Notes: generated by a model not told the origin, from the letters alone. A stretch of 35,380 bases of DNA from Octopus bimaculoides (GCF_001194135.2 NC_068985.1:17944325-17979704), one strand, 5' to 3'. Positions 10,086 to 20,994 are shown, numbered from the stretch's first letter. Numbers and translations: made by a program.

Positions 10086-10744
10086 TTATATATATATATA
10101 CATATAGTCTTACTCAAACAGAAGCGCGCGCGCGCACACACACTCATATATGATGTAAATGATGCGTCAAATGATATGTGATCATTTTGACAGTTTCTTT
10201 CCAGTAACCGCGACGCGACTAACGTATATAAGAGAGTAAATTTTAGACGCATGGAACAATTTATTAATTCCTTGCACCGAATATACTTAGTCACTCGAAA
10301 AGACTTTTGTGTATGATATTATAAGACCTACATATATCTAACTGACGACTCTGACGACGTAAATAAGAGATTTGCACAACCTTACAAGCATAAAAAAATC
10401 AATATTCAACTGCAAAGAACATTATATCTTGCTCAAAAACATCACGATGCTAACGAATTAATTTGTTCATAATAAATGAGTATACATAACAAGCAAACCA
10501 ACAATGGCGCCTGTATGTTGTTGGACGAAATGCTAAAATTAGCAGCATAATCTCCGTCACCGTCTATTGACCGTTTCAAGCAAGGAAGGACACATTAAGC
10601 TATTGTTGTACTACGTACCCTTAACATGCTTGGATAAGCAAGGTTTGATGCCTTTCGTTAAAGGTTTATTCAATAAAGGTTAACAAGGGGCTATAAGACA
10701 CACACTACTCTTACTCCTTTTTTTTTTTAAACACTCATTTTAGT

Positions 10745-11108
10745 CCCTGCACTGCGGCCATACTGGGGCACCGCCTTTTCAATCGACTAAGTCAATCCCA
10801 GTTCTTATTTTTAAGCCTGATAATTATTCTATTGGCCTCTTTTTGGCAAATCGCTAAGTTACAGGAAGAGTAAACAGCCAGCAGCTGTGCTAAGGGAGAC
10901 ACAAAAGAGAAACACAAAGACGCACACACGCACATTGTATAAACGATGGGCTTCTGCATAGTTTCCGTGTACCAAATTCACTCGCAAGGCATTTTCCAAC
11001 CCAGGGTTATAGTAAAACACATTTACTAAAAGTGCCACATAGTCGGACTGAACCTTGAACCATGTAGTTGAGAAACAAACTGTTTATCCCCACAGCCATG
11101 TCTGTGCC
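10745..11108 (-). mobile_element. Near full-length, diverged CORE-type SINE
   Basis: Colinear reverse complement of 23410-23805, from the head ggcacagacatggctgtg to the tail ccagtatggccgcagtg. Confidence 0.75.
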
Positions 11109-11153
11109 AGTGTATCAATTACTTTTATATCTTAGACAATCATAAATACTCAC

Positions 11154-11263
11154 ATAGCGCACCTGCCGCAAGGTCATCGGCAGCTGAATAGCGACTTTTG
11201 TAACCAAAATCAAACATTTTGTCTAAGGCGCTGGCATTTCTTGCACTTCTTAATTTACTGCGT
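11154..11263 (-). CDS. Candidate exon 3 of a secreted neuropeptide precursor, containing the DH31-like segment
   Basis: Single open frame (K)RSKLRSARNASALDKMFDFGYKSRYSAADDLAAGAL, ending at the donor at|gtgagt (11153). A cag sits at the gap edge (11266-11264), with an alternative at 11260-11258. Both are phase 2, matching exon 16156-16052. The true 5' boundary may lie in the gap. Confidence 0.55.
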
Positions 11264-12399
11264 CTGNNNNNNNNNNNNNNNNNNNNNNNNNNNNNNNNNN
11301 NNNNNNNNNNNNNNNNNNNNNNNNNNNNNNNNNNNNNNNNNNNNNNNNNNNNNNNNNNNNNNNNNNNNNNNNNNNNNNNNNNNNNNNNNNNNNNNNNNNN
11401 NNNNNNNNNNNNNNNNNNNNNNNNNNNNNNNNNNNNNNNNNNNNNNNNNNNNNNNNNNNNNNNNNNNNNNNNNNNNNNNNNNNNNNNNNNNNNNNNNNNN
11501 NNNNNNNNNNNNNNNNNNNNNNNNNNNNNNNNNNNNNNNNNNNNNNNNNNNNNNNNNNNNNNNNNNNNNNNNNNNNNNNNNNNNNNNNNNNNNNNNNNNN
11601 NNNNNNNNNNNNNNNNNNNNNNNNNNNNNNNNNNNNNNNNNNNNNNNNNNNNNNNNNNNNNNNNNNNNNNNNNNNNNNNNNNNNNNNNNNNNNNNNNNNN
11701 NNNNNNNNNNNNNNNNNNNNNNNNNNNNNNNNNNNNNNNNNNNNNNNNNNNNNNNNNNNNNNNNNNNNNNNNNNNNNNNNNNNNNNNNNNNNNNNNNNNN
11801 NNNNNNNNNNNNNNNNNNNNNNNNNNNNNNNNNNNNNNNNNNNNNNNNNNNNNNNNNNNNNNNNNNNNNNNNNNNNNNNNNNNNNNNNNNNNNNNNNNNN
11901 NNNNNNNNNNNNNNNNNNNNNNNNNNNNNNNNNNNNNNNNNNNNNNNNNNNNNNNNNNNNNNNNNNNNNNNNNNNNNNNNNNNNNNNNNNNNNNNNNNNN
12001 NNNNNNNNNNNNNNNNNNNNNNNNNNNNNNNNNNNNNNNNNNNNNNNNNNNNNNNNNNNNNNNNNNNNNNNNNNNNNNNNNNNNNNNNNNNNNNNNNNNN
12101 NNNNNNNNNNNNNNNNNNNNNNNNNNNNNNNNNNNNNNNNNNNNNNNNNNNNNNNNNNNNNNNNNNNNNNNNNNNNNNACGAAATCCATTGGGTTCAACA
12201 CTGGGGTCTAGCGAAACTAACAGGGCTGACAAGCCAACTGTGAGAAGGAATAAAACGCAAAAGATGTAATTTACATTACGATTTTCCTTAGACACCCGGC
12301 TGCTTTGGTGACTTCCAGAATTTCTATATGTTCCAATTCTTCTTTTTTTTTTTATCATCGTCATCATCATCTTTGTTCAACATTTAGTAGTTTCAGGCA

Positions 12400-12790
12400 A
12401 ATTTCTACTACATCGCCTGCTACACTTCCTTGTTGATGGGGTGTGTGCTGCATTTCCTCTATCGATCTGTTAAAATCTTTAGAGATAGCTCCTCATGTAC
12501 CTATATCTACTAGGATACATTTTACCTGCACTTTCCATAGTTTCTGTAATTCAATAGCTAGGTCCTATTACTTTGCTATTTTTTCTGTACCTCTCATAGT
12601 GACTTTTTTCATCATTTGGGACTGTAAAGTCAATTATCTGGCACTATCTGTTCTCTTTGTCTATCGCTACTATAAAAGACCTTCTAGCTTCTGTTACTCT
12701 ATCAGTCTGAACGTTAAAGTCCCACAACATCTTATATTTCCTAATTCCAAGTACTTTACTAGGTTCATGTCCATATCATTTATCAATACG
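12400..12790 (-). mobile_element. Decayed R4/Dong-clade RLE fragment (second subfamily)
   Basis: *YGHEPSKVLGIRKYKMLWDFNVQTDRVTEARRSFIVAIDKENR*CQIIDFTVPND..VTMRGTEKIAK**DLAIELQKLWKVQVKCILVDIGT*GAISKDF. (GAA)n lies upstream and (GAT)n downstream on the element strand. Confidence 0.8.
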
Positions 12791-12846
12791 TTAAAATCCT
12801 AGCTTTCTACATAACTCTCAGTGGGTTACTCTCCCTAGGTGTCATG

Positions 12847-12891
12847 TCTTTTCTTCTTCTTCTTCTTCTTCTTCTTCTTCTTCTTCTTCTT
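12847..12891. repeat. (TTC)n microsatellite at a gap edge
   Basis: Visible directly. Confidence 0.95.
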
Positions 12892-12904
12892 NNNNNNNNN
12901 NCCA

Positions 12905-13390
12905 TTTCTTTTAGGGAAACGTTAAAACTCTCTGCTTTATTTTTGCTGGGTATGTTGGAAAGTATCAGCTGCCCAGAGCCAGCATACTAAAGTGACACTT
13001 GTTTACTGGTCACGCTTCAAAAACCCTGTGGCGGACTCTTGCAGTTCCGTGTAATGATGGTTTTTGTAGGTGTTCTTTCTCAACATTCGTTCCAATCTGT
13101 TTGAATAGCGTTGGTAGTTGAAGGCTGATACTTCCAAGTGCACCAATCACTATTGGTATCACGTCCACTTTCTTCATTGCCCACCGCCTGCGTATTTCCC
13201 ACTTCAATTCATCATAGTTGTTCACTCTTTCTTCTTCCTTCTCTTCAATCCACTTGTCACCAGAACATGTTATGTCAATTATCAGCCATGTTGTTTTCTT
13301 GTCTGTTCACCACAACAATGTCAGGTTTCCGATGTTTAATCTGATGGTCGCACAAAATCATTGCATTCCACAGGATTTTGCAATCCTCAT
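12905..13390 (-). mobile_element. R4/Dong-clade RLE fragment (third subfamily) with 3' UTR
   Basis: EDCKILW..CDHQIKHRKPDIVVV...IIDITCSGDKWIEEKEEEK (frameshifts) continuing into ORF 13010..13225 NNYDELKWEIRRRWAMKKVDVIPIVIGALGSISLQL...LQKPSLHGTARV. The 5' end abuts (AAT)n/(GAT)n. Confidence 0.85.
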
Positions 13391-13411
13391 TTATTATTAT
13401 TGTCATCATCA

Positions 13412-13494
<83 letters not shown>
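13391..13494. repeat. (ATT)n(AAT)n head-to-head microsatellite (palindromic)
   Basis: The switch point attaat is at 13441-13446. Confidence 0.9.
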
Positions 13495-13496
<2 letters not shown>

Positions 13497-13611
13497 AGGA
13501 GCTTCCTAAAATACAGAGTCACAATAGATATTAGACCTTATAATCTTGACTGATCTTTTGTAACCCATCCGCATATTATTTTGTCGAAGTTGCATCTATA
13601 GAATAAGTTTC

Positions 13612-14443
13612 TTATTTCTTTATTGCCCACAAGGGGATAAACATAGAGGGGACAAACAAGGACAGACAAAGAGATTAAGTCGATTACATCGACGCCAGTG
13701 CGTAACTGATACTTAATTTATCGACCCCGAAAGGATGAAAGGCAAAGTCGACCTCGGCGGAATTTGAACTCAGGACGTAACAGCAGACGAAATACCGCTA
13801 AGCATTTCGCCCGGTGCGCTAACGTTTCTGCCAGCTCACCGCTTTTCATAGAATAAGTTTCTGCTTCAGGACGTCGAATAGGCAGAGTCGTTAAGAAATT
13901 CAACTAGAATGGCGGGCGCCCTTTTTCCAATTAAATAAATAAACTTAGAAATTTAAAGACAATACTACTACAGAAGTAAAAAAAAAAAAAAAAACTTACT
14001 TGTTTCTTATAATTCTCTCTCTNNNNNNNNNNTTATTTCTTTATTGCCCACAAGGGGATAAACATAGAGGGGACAAACAAGGACAGACAAAGAGATTAAG
14101 TCGATTACATCGACGCCAGTGCGTAACTGATACTTAATTTATCGACCCCGAAAGGATGAAAGGCAAAGTCGACCTCGGCGGAATTTGAACTCAGGACGTA
14201 ACAGCAGACGAAATACCGCTAAGCATTTCGCCCGGTGCGCTAACGTTTCTGCCAGCTCACCGCTTTTCATAGAATAAGTTTCTGCTTCAGGACGTCGAAT
14301 AGGCAGAGTCGTTAAGAAATTCAACTAGAATGGCGGGCGCCCTTTTTCCAATTAAATAAATAAACTTAGAAATTTAAAGACAATACTACTACAGAAGTAA
14401 AAAAAAAAAAAAAAACTTACTTGTTTCTTATAATTCTCTCTCT
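13612..14443. repeat. Direct duplication of 411 bp across a 10-N gap (13612-14022 = 14033-14443), probably an assembly overlap artefact
   Basis: Offset 421. The ORFs at 13718..13903 and 14139..14324 are identical. Copy 1 ends and copy 2 begins exactly at the gap edges. Confidence 0.8.
13613..13847 (-). mobile_element. Young full-length Meta-type tRNA-derived SINE with 15-bp TSD
   Basis: TSD atagaataagtttct at 13598-13612 and 13848-13862. The core ttgcctttcatcctttcggggtcgataaattaagta resembles the MetaSINE domain (label from memory). Close match to 27929-28150. Confidence 0.85.
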
Positions 14444-14771
14444 TTTTCCTCCTCTTCTTCCCTCTGTTTCCTTACTATTTCGATCTTTCATCATGCCGTG
14501 ACGGCGTTTCTATTTCTCCAAATTTCTTTCTTCGTTCTTATATCTCCATCTCTATCCTATCTCTTAGAAAAACAGTATATACCCGAAACCTATCGCCCCA
14601 CCCAACTATTTCTGAGCATCAAACAAATACCAATTATGTTTATTTCTATTACCTCATTTTTGCGTTATATTTTTCGCCATCTTTGCCCACACCATCACCA
14701 CCACACACACATACAAACAAACACGTACATATGTATATGTATATATATGTGTGTGGGTGCGTGTGTATATA

Positions 14772-15075
14772 TGTTGTTGTTGTTGGCACTCCGTCGCTTA
14801 CGACGTCGAGGGTTCCAGTTGATCCGATCAACGGAACAGCCTGCTCATAAAATTAACGTGCAAGTGGCTGAGCACTCCACAGACACGTGTACCCTTAAGG
14901 TAGTTCTCGGAGATATTCAGCGTGACACAATGTGACAAGGCTGACCCTTTGAATTACAGACACAACAGAAACAGGAAGTAAGAGTGAGAGAAAGTTGTGG
15001 TGAAAGAGTACAGCAGGGTTCGCCACCATCTTCTGCCGGAGCCTCGTGGAGATTTAGGTGTTTTCGCTCAATAAA
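14772..15075 (-). mobile_element. tRNA-derived SINE (same family as 29677-30062), head lost in the gap, (AAC)n tail
   Basis: High reverse-complement identity to 29760-30060. Confidence 0.85.
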
Positions 15076-15697
15076 NNNNNNNNNNNNNNNNNNNNNNNNN
15101 NNNNNNNNNNNNNNNNNNNNNNNNNNNNNNNNNNNNNNNNNNNNNNNNNNNNNNNNNNNNNNNNNNNNNNNNNNNNNNNNNNNNNNNNNNNNNNNNNNNN
15201 NNNNNNNNNNNNNNNNNNNNNNNNNNNNNNNNNNNNNNNNNNNNNNNNNNNNNNNNNNNNNNNNNNNNNNNNNNNNNNNNNNNNNNNNNNNNNNNNNNNN
15301 NNNNNNNNNNNNNNNNNNNNNNNNNNNNNNNNNNNNNNNNNNNNNNNNNNNNNNNNNNNNNNNNNNNNNNNNNNNNNNNNNNNNNNNNNNNNNNNNNNNN
15401 NNNNNNNNNNNNNNNNNNNNNNNNNNNNNNNNNNNNNNNNNNNNNNNNNNNNNNNNNNNNNNNNNNNNNNNNNNNNNNNNNNNNNNNNNNNNNNNNNNNN
15501 NNNNNNNNNNNNNNNNNNNNNNNNNNNNNNNNNNNNNNNNNNNNNNNNNNNNNNNNNNNNNNNNNNNNNNNNNNCATACGCACTTACACGCGCGTCTTAC
15601 TATTTTATCGAAAAAACAAAAAGAAATTAAAGACAAAATTATTCTGAGGGTCCTTTCGGGAAATTACTCAAGAAGGGAAAAATATTTTCAATTAAAT

Positions 15698-15993
15698 CAG
15701 TGGCTTTCGACCATTTGTTGTCCATGGACCCCTTTGATTCCCATTTTACTTGGGTGGATCCTCATACCCATTTGATATTTTAAAATGTCCCATTATATTT
15801 TTAGTATTAAATATTATTAGGAACTGCATAAAAAATTAAGATATTTGGTGTATTGAAGAAGCATAAGCAATTTATTTATTGCACATAAATTTTAACAAAG
15901 CAAGAACAATCTTATATGGAGCCCCAAAGGTCATATAGACCTTCAGGGTTATATGGAACCCTAAGGATCATGGACCCTAGTTGAGAACCGCTG
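15698..15993. mobile_element. hAT (Charlie-like) MITE with 8-bp TSD
   Basis: TIRs cagtggctttcgacc / gttgagaaccgctg. TSD aattaaat / agttaaat (7/8). Confidence 0.7.
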
Positions 15994-16051
15994 AGTTAAA
16001 TAATAACATGAAACCAGTCAGAAAAAATTTCGCTGCAATCAATATACTCAC

Positions 16052-16156
16052 TTCATTAGAACCCGGATAATATTGGGAAGATAATAAGGTGGAATGTAAC
16101 TATTCTCTTCTAATGGCACCAGGTTTCCCGCTTCAGAGTTTTGATTGTAAGCAAAC
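16052..16156 (-). CDS. Candidate exon 2 of the secreted precursor
   Basis: Acceptor gttatatttcag|, donor aa|gtgagt, 105 nt, phase 2 to phase 2. Only one frame is open: (R)FAYNQNSEAGNLVPLEENSYIPPYYLPNIIRVLM. Confidence 0.65.
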
Positions 16157-16974
16157 CTGAAATATAACAAACATAACTGTAAAACAGTAGACTTTGAGGA
16201 ATGTAGCAATGATTTGTGTCGGCAAATAGTAATGCAAAATAGTTCAAATAGTGGGATAAATTTTGTGTCTTAAGGATGAAGAGAAGTTTAACGTTTAGGA
16301 TACAATCCGTCGTCATCGGAGAGAAACGAGTGTTTACTAATGTTACTGTTTGTTTTAGTGAAATAGGAAACATATCCCAGGACACCGACGAACGTTCGTG
16401 ATCTCCACTGACATAGGCATCCTGGAAGTCGTTGCAATGTCACAATTAACCCAGAAGATAAGGATGATACTGTTTCTGTTTGGCGTATTGTCTTCTGTCA
16501 ATAGAAAATCATCCAATAGCGTAGAAATATAGATTTCCATCGGAAGCTACCCATAGATCATGTACTTCAGATAAAAAAGAAATGCTATCATGACACAAAC
16601 GTTGTGAATGAAATGGGAACAGGCTAAGGCTGTGCGGAAGCTCCACTGAACTCCTCTCCAGTTACACAGTTAATTATTAAATAGTGAAAGATTGTGCTAA
16701 TAGAAAAGATTCTATAGCAACGAGAAATTCTTCAAAGCATTTGAATCTTCCATTTTTGTGCAAGCCCAGGGTCATCAGAGAATGAAATTAACAAGGGTGA
16801 AAAACGTTGAGATTGTAAGATATTGGATGTACTGTAATATGCCATTGTTCCGAGCCCAAAGTATGCCGAAAATGCTTTTTCTTCCATTTTTGATGTAAGA
16901 TCCAGTAAAATATTGACATTCCTTTCTGTAAAAATGTAAGAAGTAATACTATAACTAAATTCTCTAATACTTAC

Positions 16975-17066
16975 CGCTCTTTTGCCGATGATTTTCTTAT
17001 AAAGCCACCTAACCCAGAAGGAACAGCTATCAGTAGAATATTCAAGATTAGGATAAGCGAAGACAT
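16975..17066 (-). CDS. Candidate first coding exon (signal peptide) of the secreted precursor; the exon starts at 17075
   Basis: Acceptor aaactattttacag|, then aaaATG at 17066-17064, MSSLILILNILLIAVPSGLG-GFIRKSSAKE(R), donor cg|gtaagt. It ends in phase 2, matching exon 16156-16052. A second frame (FENVFAYPNLEY...) is also open, so the frame rests on phase compatibility and signal-peptide character. Confidence 0.6.
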
Positions 17067-17663
17067 TTTCAAACGCTGTAAAATAGTTTAAAAGAAAGAC
17101 AAATTACAAGACAACATTAAACGAATGAAAATATAGATGTTTATTAATACTATATTTTTTGTCATACATTTCGAAGTTTTCAGACCAAAATTTACAGCCC
17201 CAAAATTGTATCTTGAATTATACACCAAGACGACTTTAGAAGACCAAAAATTCCACGTGAAACGTAGCAGGATTTGGTAAGATAGTGACGATGTTCGAAT
17301 ATTTACATTACTTGTTTATACAGTTCGAATGTTTATACCTCATTTTTACACTCTAGACTATGTCGACTTGGATGCCGGAAAATACGGTGACATGTTTATA
17401 TTGTTTATCAATGGTATAGATCATCTTTTGACTAAGCATAAGGCGTATTTTTATAAGGGAGTAAAGAGTCGATTATTCCATGAGAACTAAATTATTTAGC
17501 TTTTAATATATAAATAAATGTGGTCAGGATGATAACAGCAAGAAATGAATGGAAAGTTGGATGAGAAAGAACTCAATTGTATTGGATATGACTGTCCATT
17601 AGGGAACTATGGAAAAGCTCAAGTTCTTTTCATACAGTGGTATGCTAGCGGACTGGTTATCAA

Positions 17664-17744
<81 letters not shown>

Positions 17745-17784
17745 GGGGAGAGATAATGGGGAAGAGAGAGAGAGAGAGAGAGTG

Positions 17785-17836
<52 letters not shown>
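17664..17836. repeat. (GA)n/(GATA)n compound microsatellite
   Basis: Visible directly. Confidence 0.95.
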
Positions 17837-17839
<3 letters not shown>

Positions 17840-17959
17840 GTTTGTGGGAAATGTGAGTGTCTTCCTTGGTGTAGTTTTTTAATTGGTGACAGCTCAGATC
17901 GTCTGTGTTGCGGAGTTTCATGTCGGCAAGTGTGTCAAGTTCAGCAACTTCCGAATACA

Positions 17960-18042
17960 TAAATGCATGCGTACATATATACATGTATACATTCATGCAA
18001 ACATACATACGTACATACATACATACGTGCGTACATACGAAC

Positions 18043-18110
<68 letters not shown>
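17960..18110. repeat. (TACA)n/(GATA)n microsatellites
   Basis: Visible directly. Confidence 0.95.
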
Positions 18111-18111
<1 letters not shown>

Positions 18112-18655
18112 CTGGCAGAAGTTCTTTTCATCTGAGAAGAACCAGATCATTCCTGGCTCAACTGGATGCCGCACTTGTTCAGGAGCTTCTTTACCTTCGT
18201 TTTCTTTGGTGTTGACTGTCAGAATTTGTCCTTGGTACCTCTTGTACGAGTGGTAACGAAGGTCCTCATTCAGGATCAGATCTATGGTGGCGAATCCAAC
18301 ATCCATATCTCTCGCCAAAGCCCGAATTTCCTAGCTCGAATCTTCCATCAGTTTGTCATTCAGTTGTTGAATGAATTCCAGCGAACGGACGCAGTTAGAA
18401 CGACTGGTATGCCCCTTCCTGCTGGCCACAGCTTCGTAGTCTCTGTTGCAGCGGTCCATGTCACATCTTGCAGCCTTTAGAGCTTTCATAGAGCACTGAG
18501 CAGTACTCCATGTCAAATAACTTATTCGCAATTTCAGACTTTAATCCTTACGCTCTTCAACGCTGTTGACTGTTTACCAATACATCAAGTTGTTCTTGAA
18601 AAAAGGTGACATAGAAAAATCGTCAGATTTAGTCCGAACATCCTATGTTCCTGTA
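18111..18655 (-). mobile_element. Tc1/mariner-superfamily (maT/DD37D-like) transposase 5' half, decayed
   Basis: ASRKGHTSRSNCVRSLEFIQQLNDKLMED / ARDMDVGFATIDLILNEDLRYHSYKRYQGQILT / HPVEPGMIWFFSDEKNFCQ, i.e. an HTH plus the first catalytic D. A possible degenerate TIR lies near 18615-18654. Confidence 0.8.
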
Positions 18656-18688
18656 TATTATGAATGCATACATATATATGTATATATG

Positions 18689-18689
<1 letters not shown>

Positions 18690-18754
<65 letters not shown>
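18690..18754. repeat. (CA)n at a gap edge
   Basis: Visible directly. Confidence 0.95.
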
Positions 18755-19535
18755 NNNNNNNNNNNNNNNNNNNNNNNNNNNNNNNNNNNNNNNNNNNNNN
18801 NNNNNNNNNNNNNNNNNNNNNNNNNNNNNNNNNNNNNNNNNNNNNNNNNNNNNNNNNNNNNNNNNNNNNNNNNNNNNNNNNNNNNNNNNNNNNNNNNNNN
18901 NNNNNNNNNNNNNNNNNNNNNNNNNNNNNNNNNNNNNNNNNNNNNNNNNNNNNNNNNNNNNNNNNNNNNNNNNNNNNNNNNNNNNNNNNNNNNNNNNNNN
19001 NNNNNNNNNNNNNNNNNNNNNNNNNNNNNNNNNNNNNNNNNNNNNNNNNNNNNNNNNNNNNNNNNNNNNNNNNNNNNNNNNNNNNNNNNNNNNNNNNNNN
19101 NNNNNNNNNNNNNNNNNNNNNNNNNNNNNNNNNNNNNNNNNNNNNNNNNNNNNNNNNNNNNNNNNNNNNNNNNNNNNNNNNNNNNNNNNNNNNNNNNNNN
19201 NNNNNNNNNNNNNNNNNNNNNNNNNNNNNNNNNNNNNNNNNNNNNNNNNNNNNNNNNNNNNNNNNNNNNNNNNNNNNNNNNNNNNNNNNNNNNNNNNNNN
19301 NNNNNNNNNNNNNNNNNNNNNNNNNNNNNNNNNNNNNNNNNNNNNNNNNNNNNNNNNNNNNNNNNNNNNNNNNNNNNNNNNNNNNNNNNNNNNNNNNNNN
19401 NNNNNNNNNNNNNNNNNNNNNNNNNNNNNNNNNNNNNNNNNNNNNNNNNNNNNNNNNNNNNNNNNNNNNNNNNNNNNNNNNNNNNNNNNNNNNNNNNNNN
19501 NNNNNNNNNNNNNNNNNNNNNNNNNNNNNNNNNNN

Positions 19536-19557
19536 ATATATATATATAGAGAGAGAG

Positions 19558-19613
<56 letters not shown>

Positions 19614-19754
19614 TAAAGCCGTGAAAACAGGCTTTTTTCCCTTCGTCAACACAATACACGAGAAATATAAATACAAATAAAGATATATACCCGTACAAAA
19701 AATATTTGCACGTATAGATCAAAGATAGATCTGTATTAATCTGACTTATCTTTG

Positions 19755-19828
<74 letters not shown>
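19536..19828. repeat. (TA)n/(GA)n/(GATA)n and a long (TA)n microsatellite
   Basis: Visible directly at 19536-19612 and ~19760-19826. Confidence 0.9.
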
Positions 19829-19830
<2 letters not shown>

Positions 19831-20213
19831 TCTCTCTTGCTATTTGTCATTCTATATCCATTCAGGATCTCTTCCTGGCGTTACCCATCATTCTAGTCTT
19901 TTTGGCTGAAAGGTAGTATTTATTCCGTCTTCGTCAATCATTTTAAATTACACTGGTTTACTTTCGTTTATCCACTCTGTATCGTTTTGTTCGCCCGAAG
20001 CCCTAATTCTTCGCAACTTTTGCGGATACTGCCGATATGCGAAGTTCCCAATATTATCATTAAAGGCATGAAACTGAGTATTAACATTCGGTTGATAACT
20101 GATGAAGAATTAAGGTCCTTCTGTGCCTGTCTTACGTGTACGTTTTTTTTAGCTATCGTTGTTTATTTAATGCATTTTTTATTTATTATAAATACATACA
20201 TACATACATACAT

Positions 20214-20246
<33 letters not shown>

Positions 20247-20960
20247 ATAGTATAGTATTGATATAATATCTTACTATTAACAACATATTGAAAAGTCGTA
20301 ATTTGACGCCTACAATTTGAAATTGGTTAACTGCATACTCTAGTAAATTGTGTAAGTACTTCAATCACCAAGACTATGAAATTAAGAGGAATCGAATACG
20401 TTTTCGGATTCTTCCCACCCACGTGAGCATGCGAGAACTGTAACTACGATTTCTTCTGAATGATAAACAGCAACATTCATAAAGTAGGTGTGTCATGCGA
20501 ATAGTATTATTGGTTTGTAATCGAAGAAGAAAAGAGAAGCTTTGAACATCAAACCAGTAGATTCCTATGAATAGACCATAATCAAATTATTTTAGTTTCA
20601 AACGCCAGCCGACAACTTCTTTCGTTGAATTACAACACGATTATTTATACATTTTCTATTGTAATTATAGTCATTATTGTCATATAGACTACCGAGACAA
20701 AGTATGAACAAAATAATACAAGAGCCTTTGTAATAACAATAATCTTTCAGCCAACTTAATTTTAAAAGACTTAAAATAAGGACGTTTATTGCCGTTTAAA
20801 ATTCCGTCAGTGTTCATGAAGAAATTCAATAGAAGGATATGCGCAGTTTCATCTGCAATGATAGCTTTTTGAGGTAATTAGTATATTGTTAGAATTATGT
20901 TGGAATTACTTTTTTGTGTTTGATTTACTCTAATTCATTCTTTTCTCAAGACGATTTATA

Positions 20961-20994
20961 AATCATCATCGTCATCGTCATCATCATCATCACC

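Noticed and set aside
10140-10222. Minus-strand acceptor near 10223 as the missing last exon of the DH31-like gene (..ASRLLERNCQ..)
   Set aside because: The frame runs on into microsatellite and Penelope sequence with no GPG or amidation signal. The similarity to DH31 is too weak to support.
11190-11225. LDKMFDFGY resembling DEAD-box motif II context (DEADRMFDMGF)
   Set aside because: It lacks DEAD and any other helicase motif, and the signal-peptide context argues against a helicase.
14498-14935. 145-aa + strand ORF
   Set aside because: It is composed of pyrimidine-rich low-complexity DNA, CA/TG repeats and an antisense SINE.
19866-19912. Possible + strand 47-nt exon DLFLALPIILVFLAE
   Set aside because: Isolated, with a weak donor (gtagta) and no partner exons.
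19968-20087. Minus-strand mini-ORF MLILSFMPLMIILGTSHIGSIRKS... superficially like the precursor N-terminus
   Set aside because: There is no nucleotide similarity to exon 17075-16975 and it stops after 39 aa, so I treat it as coincidence.
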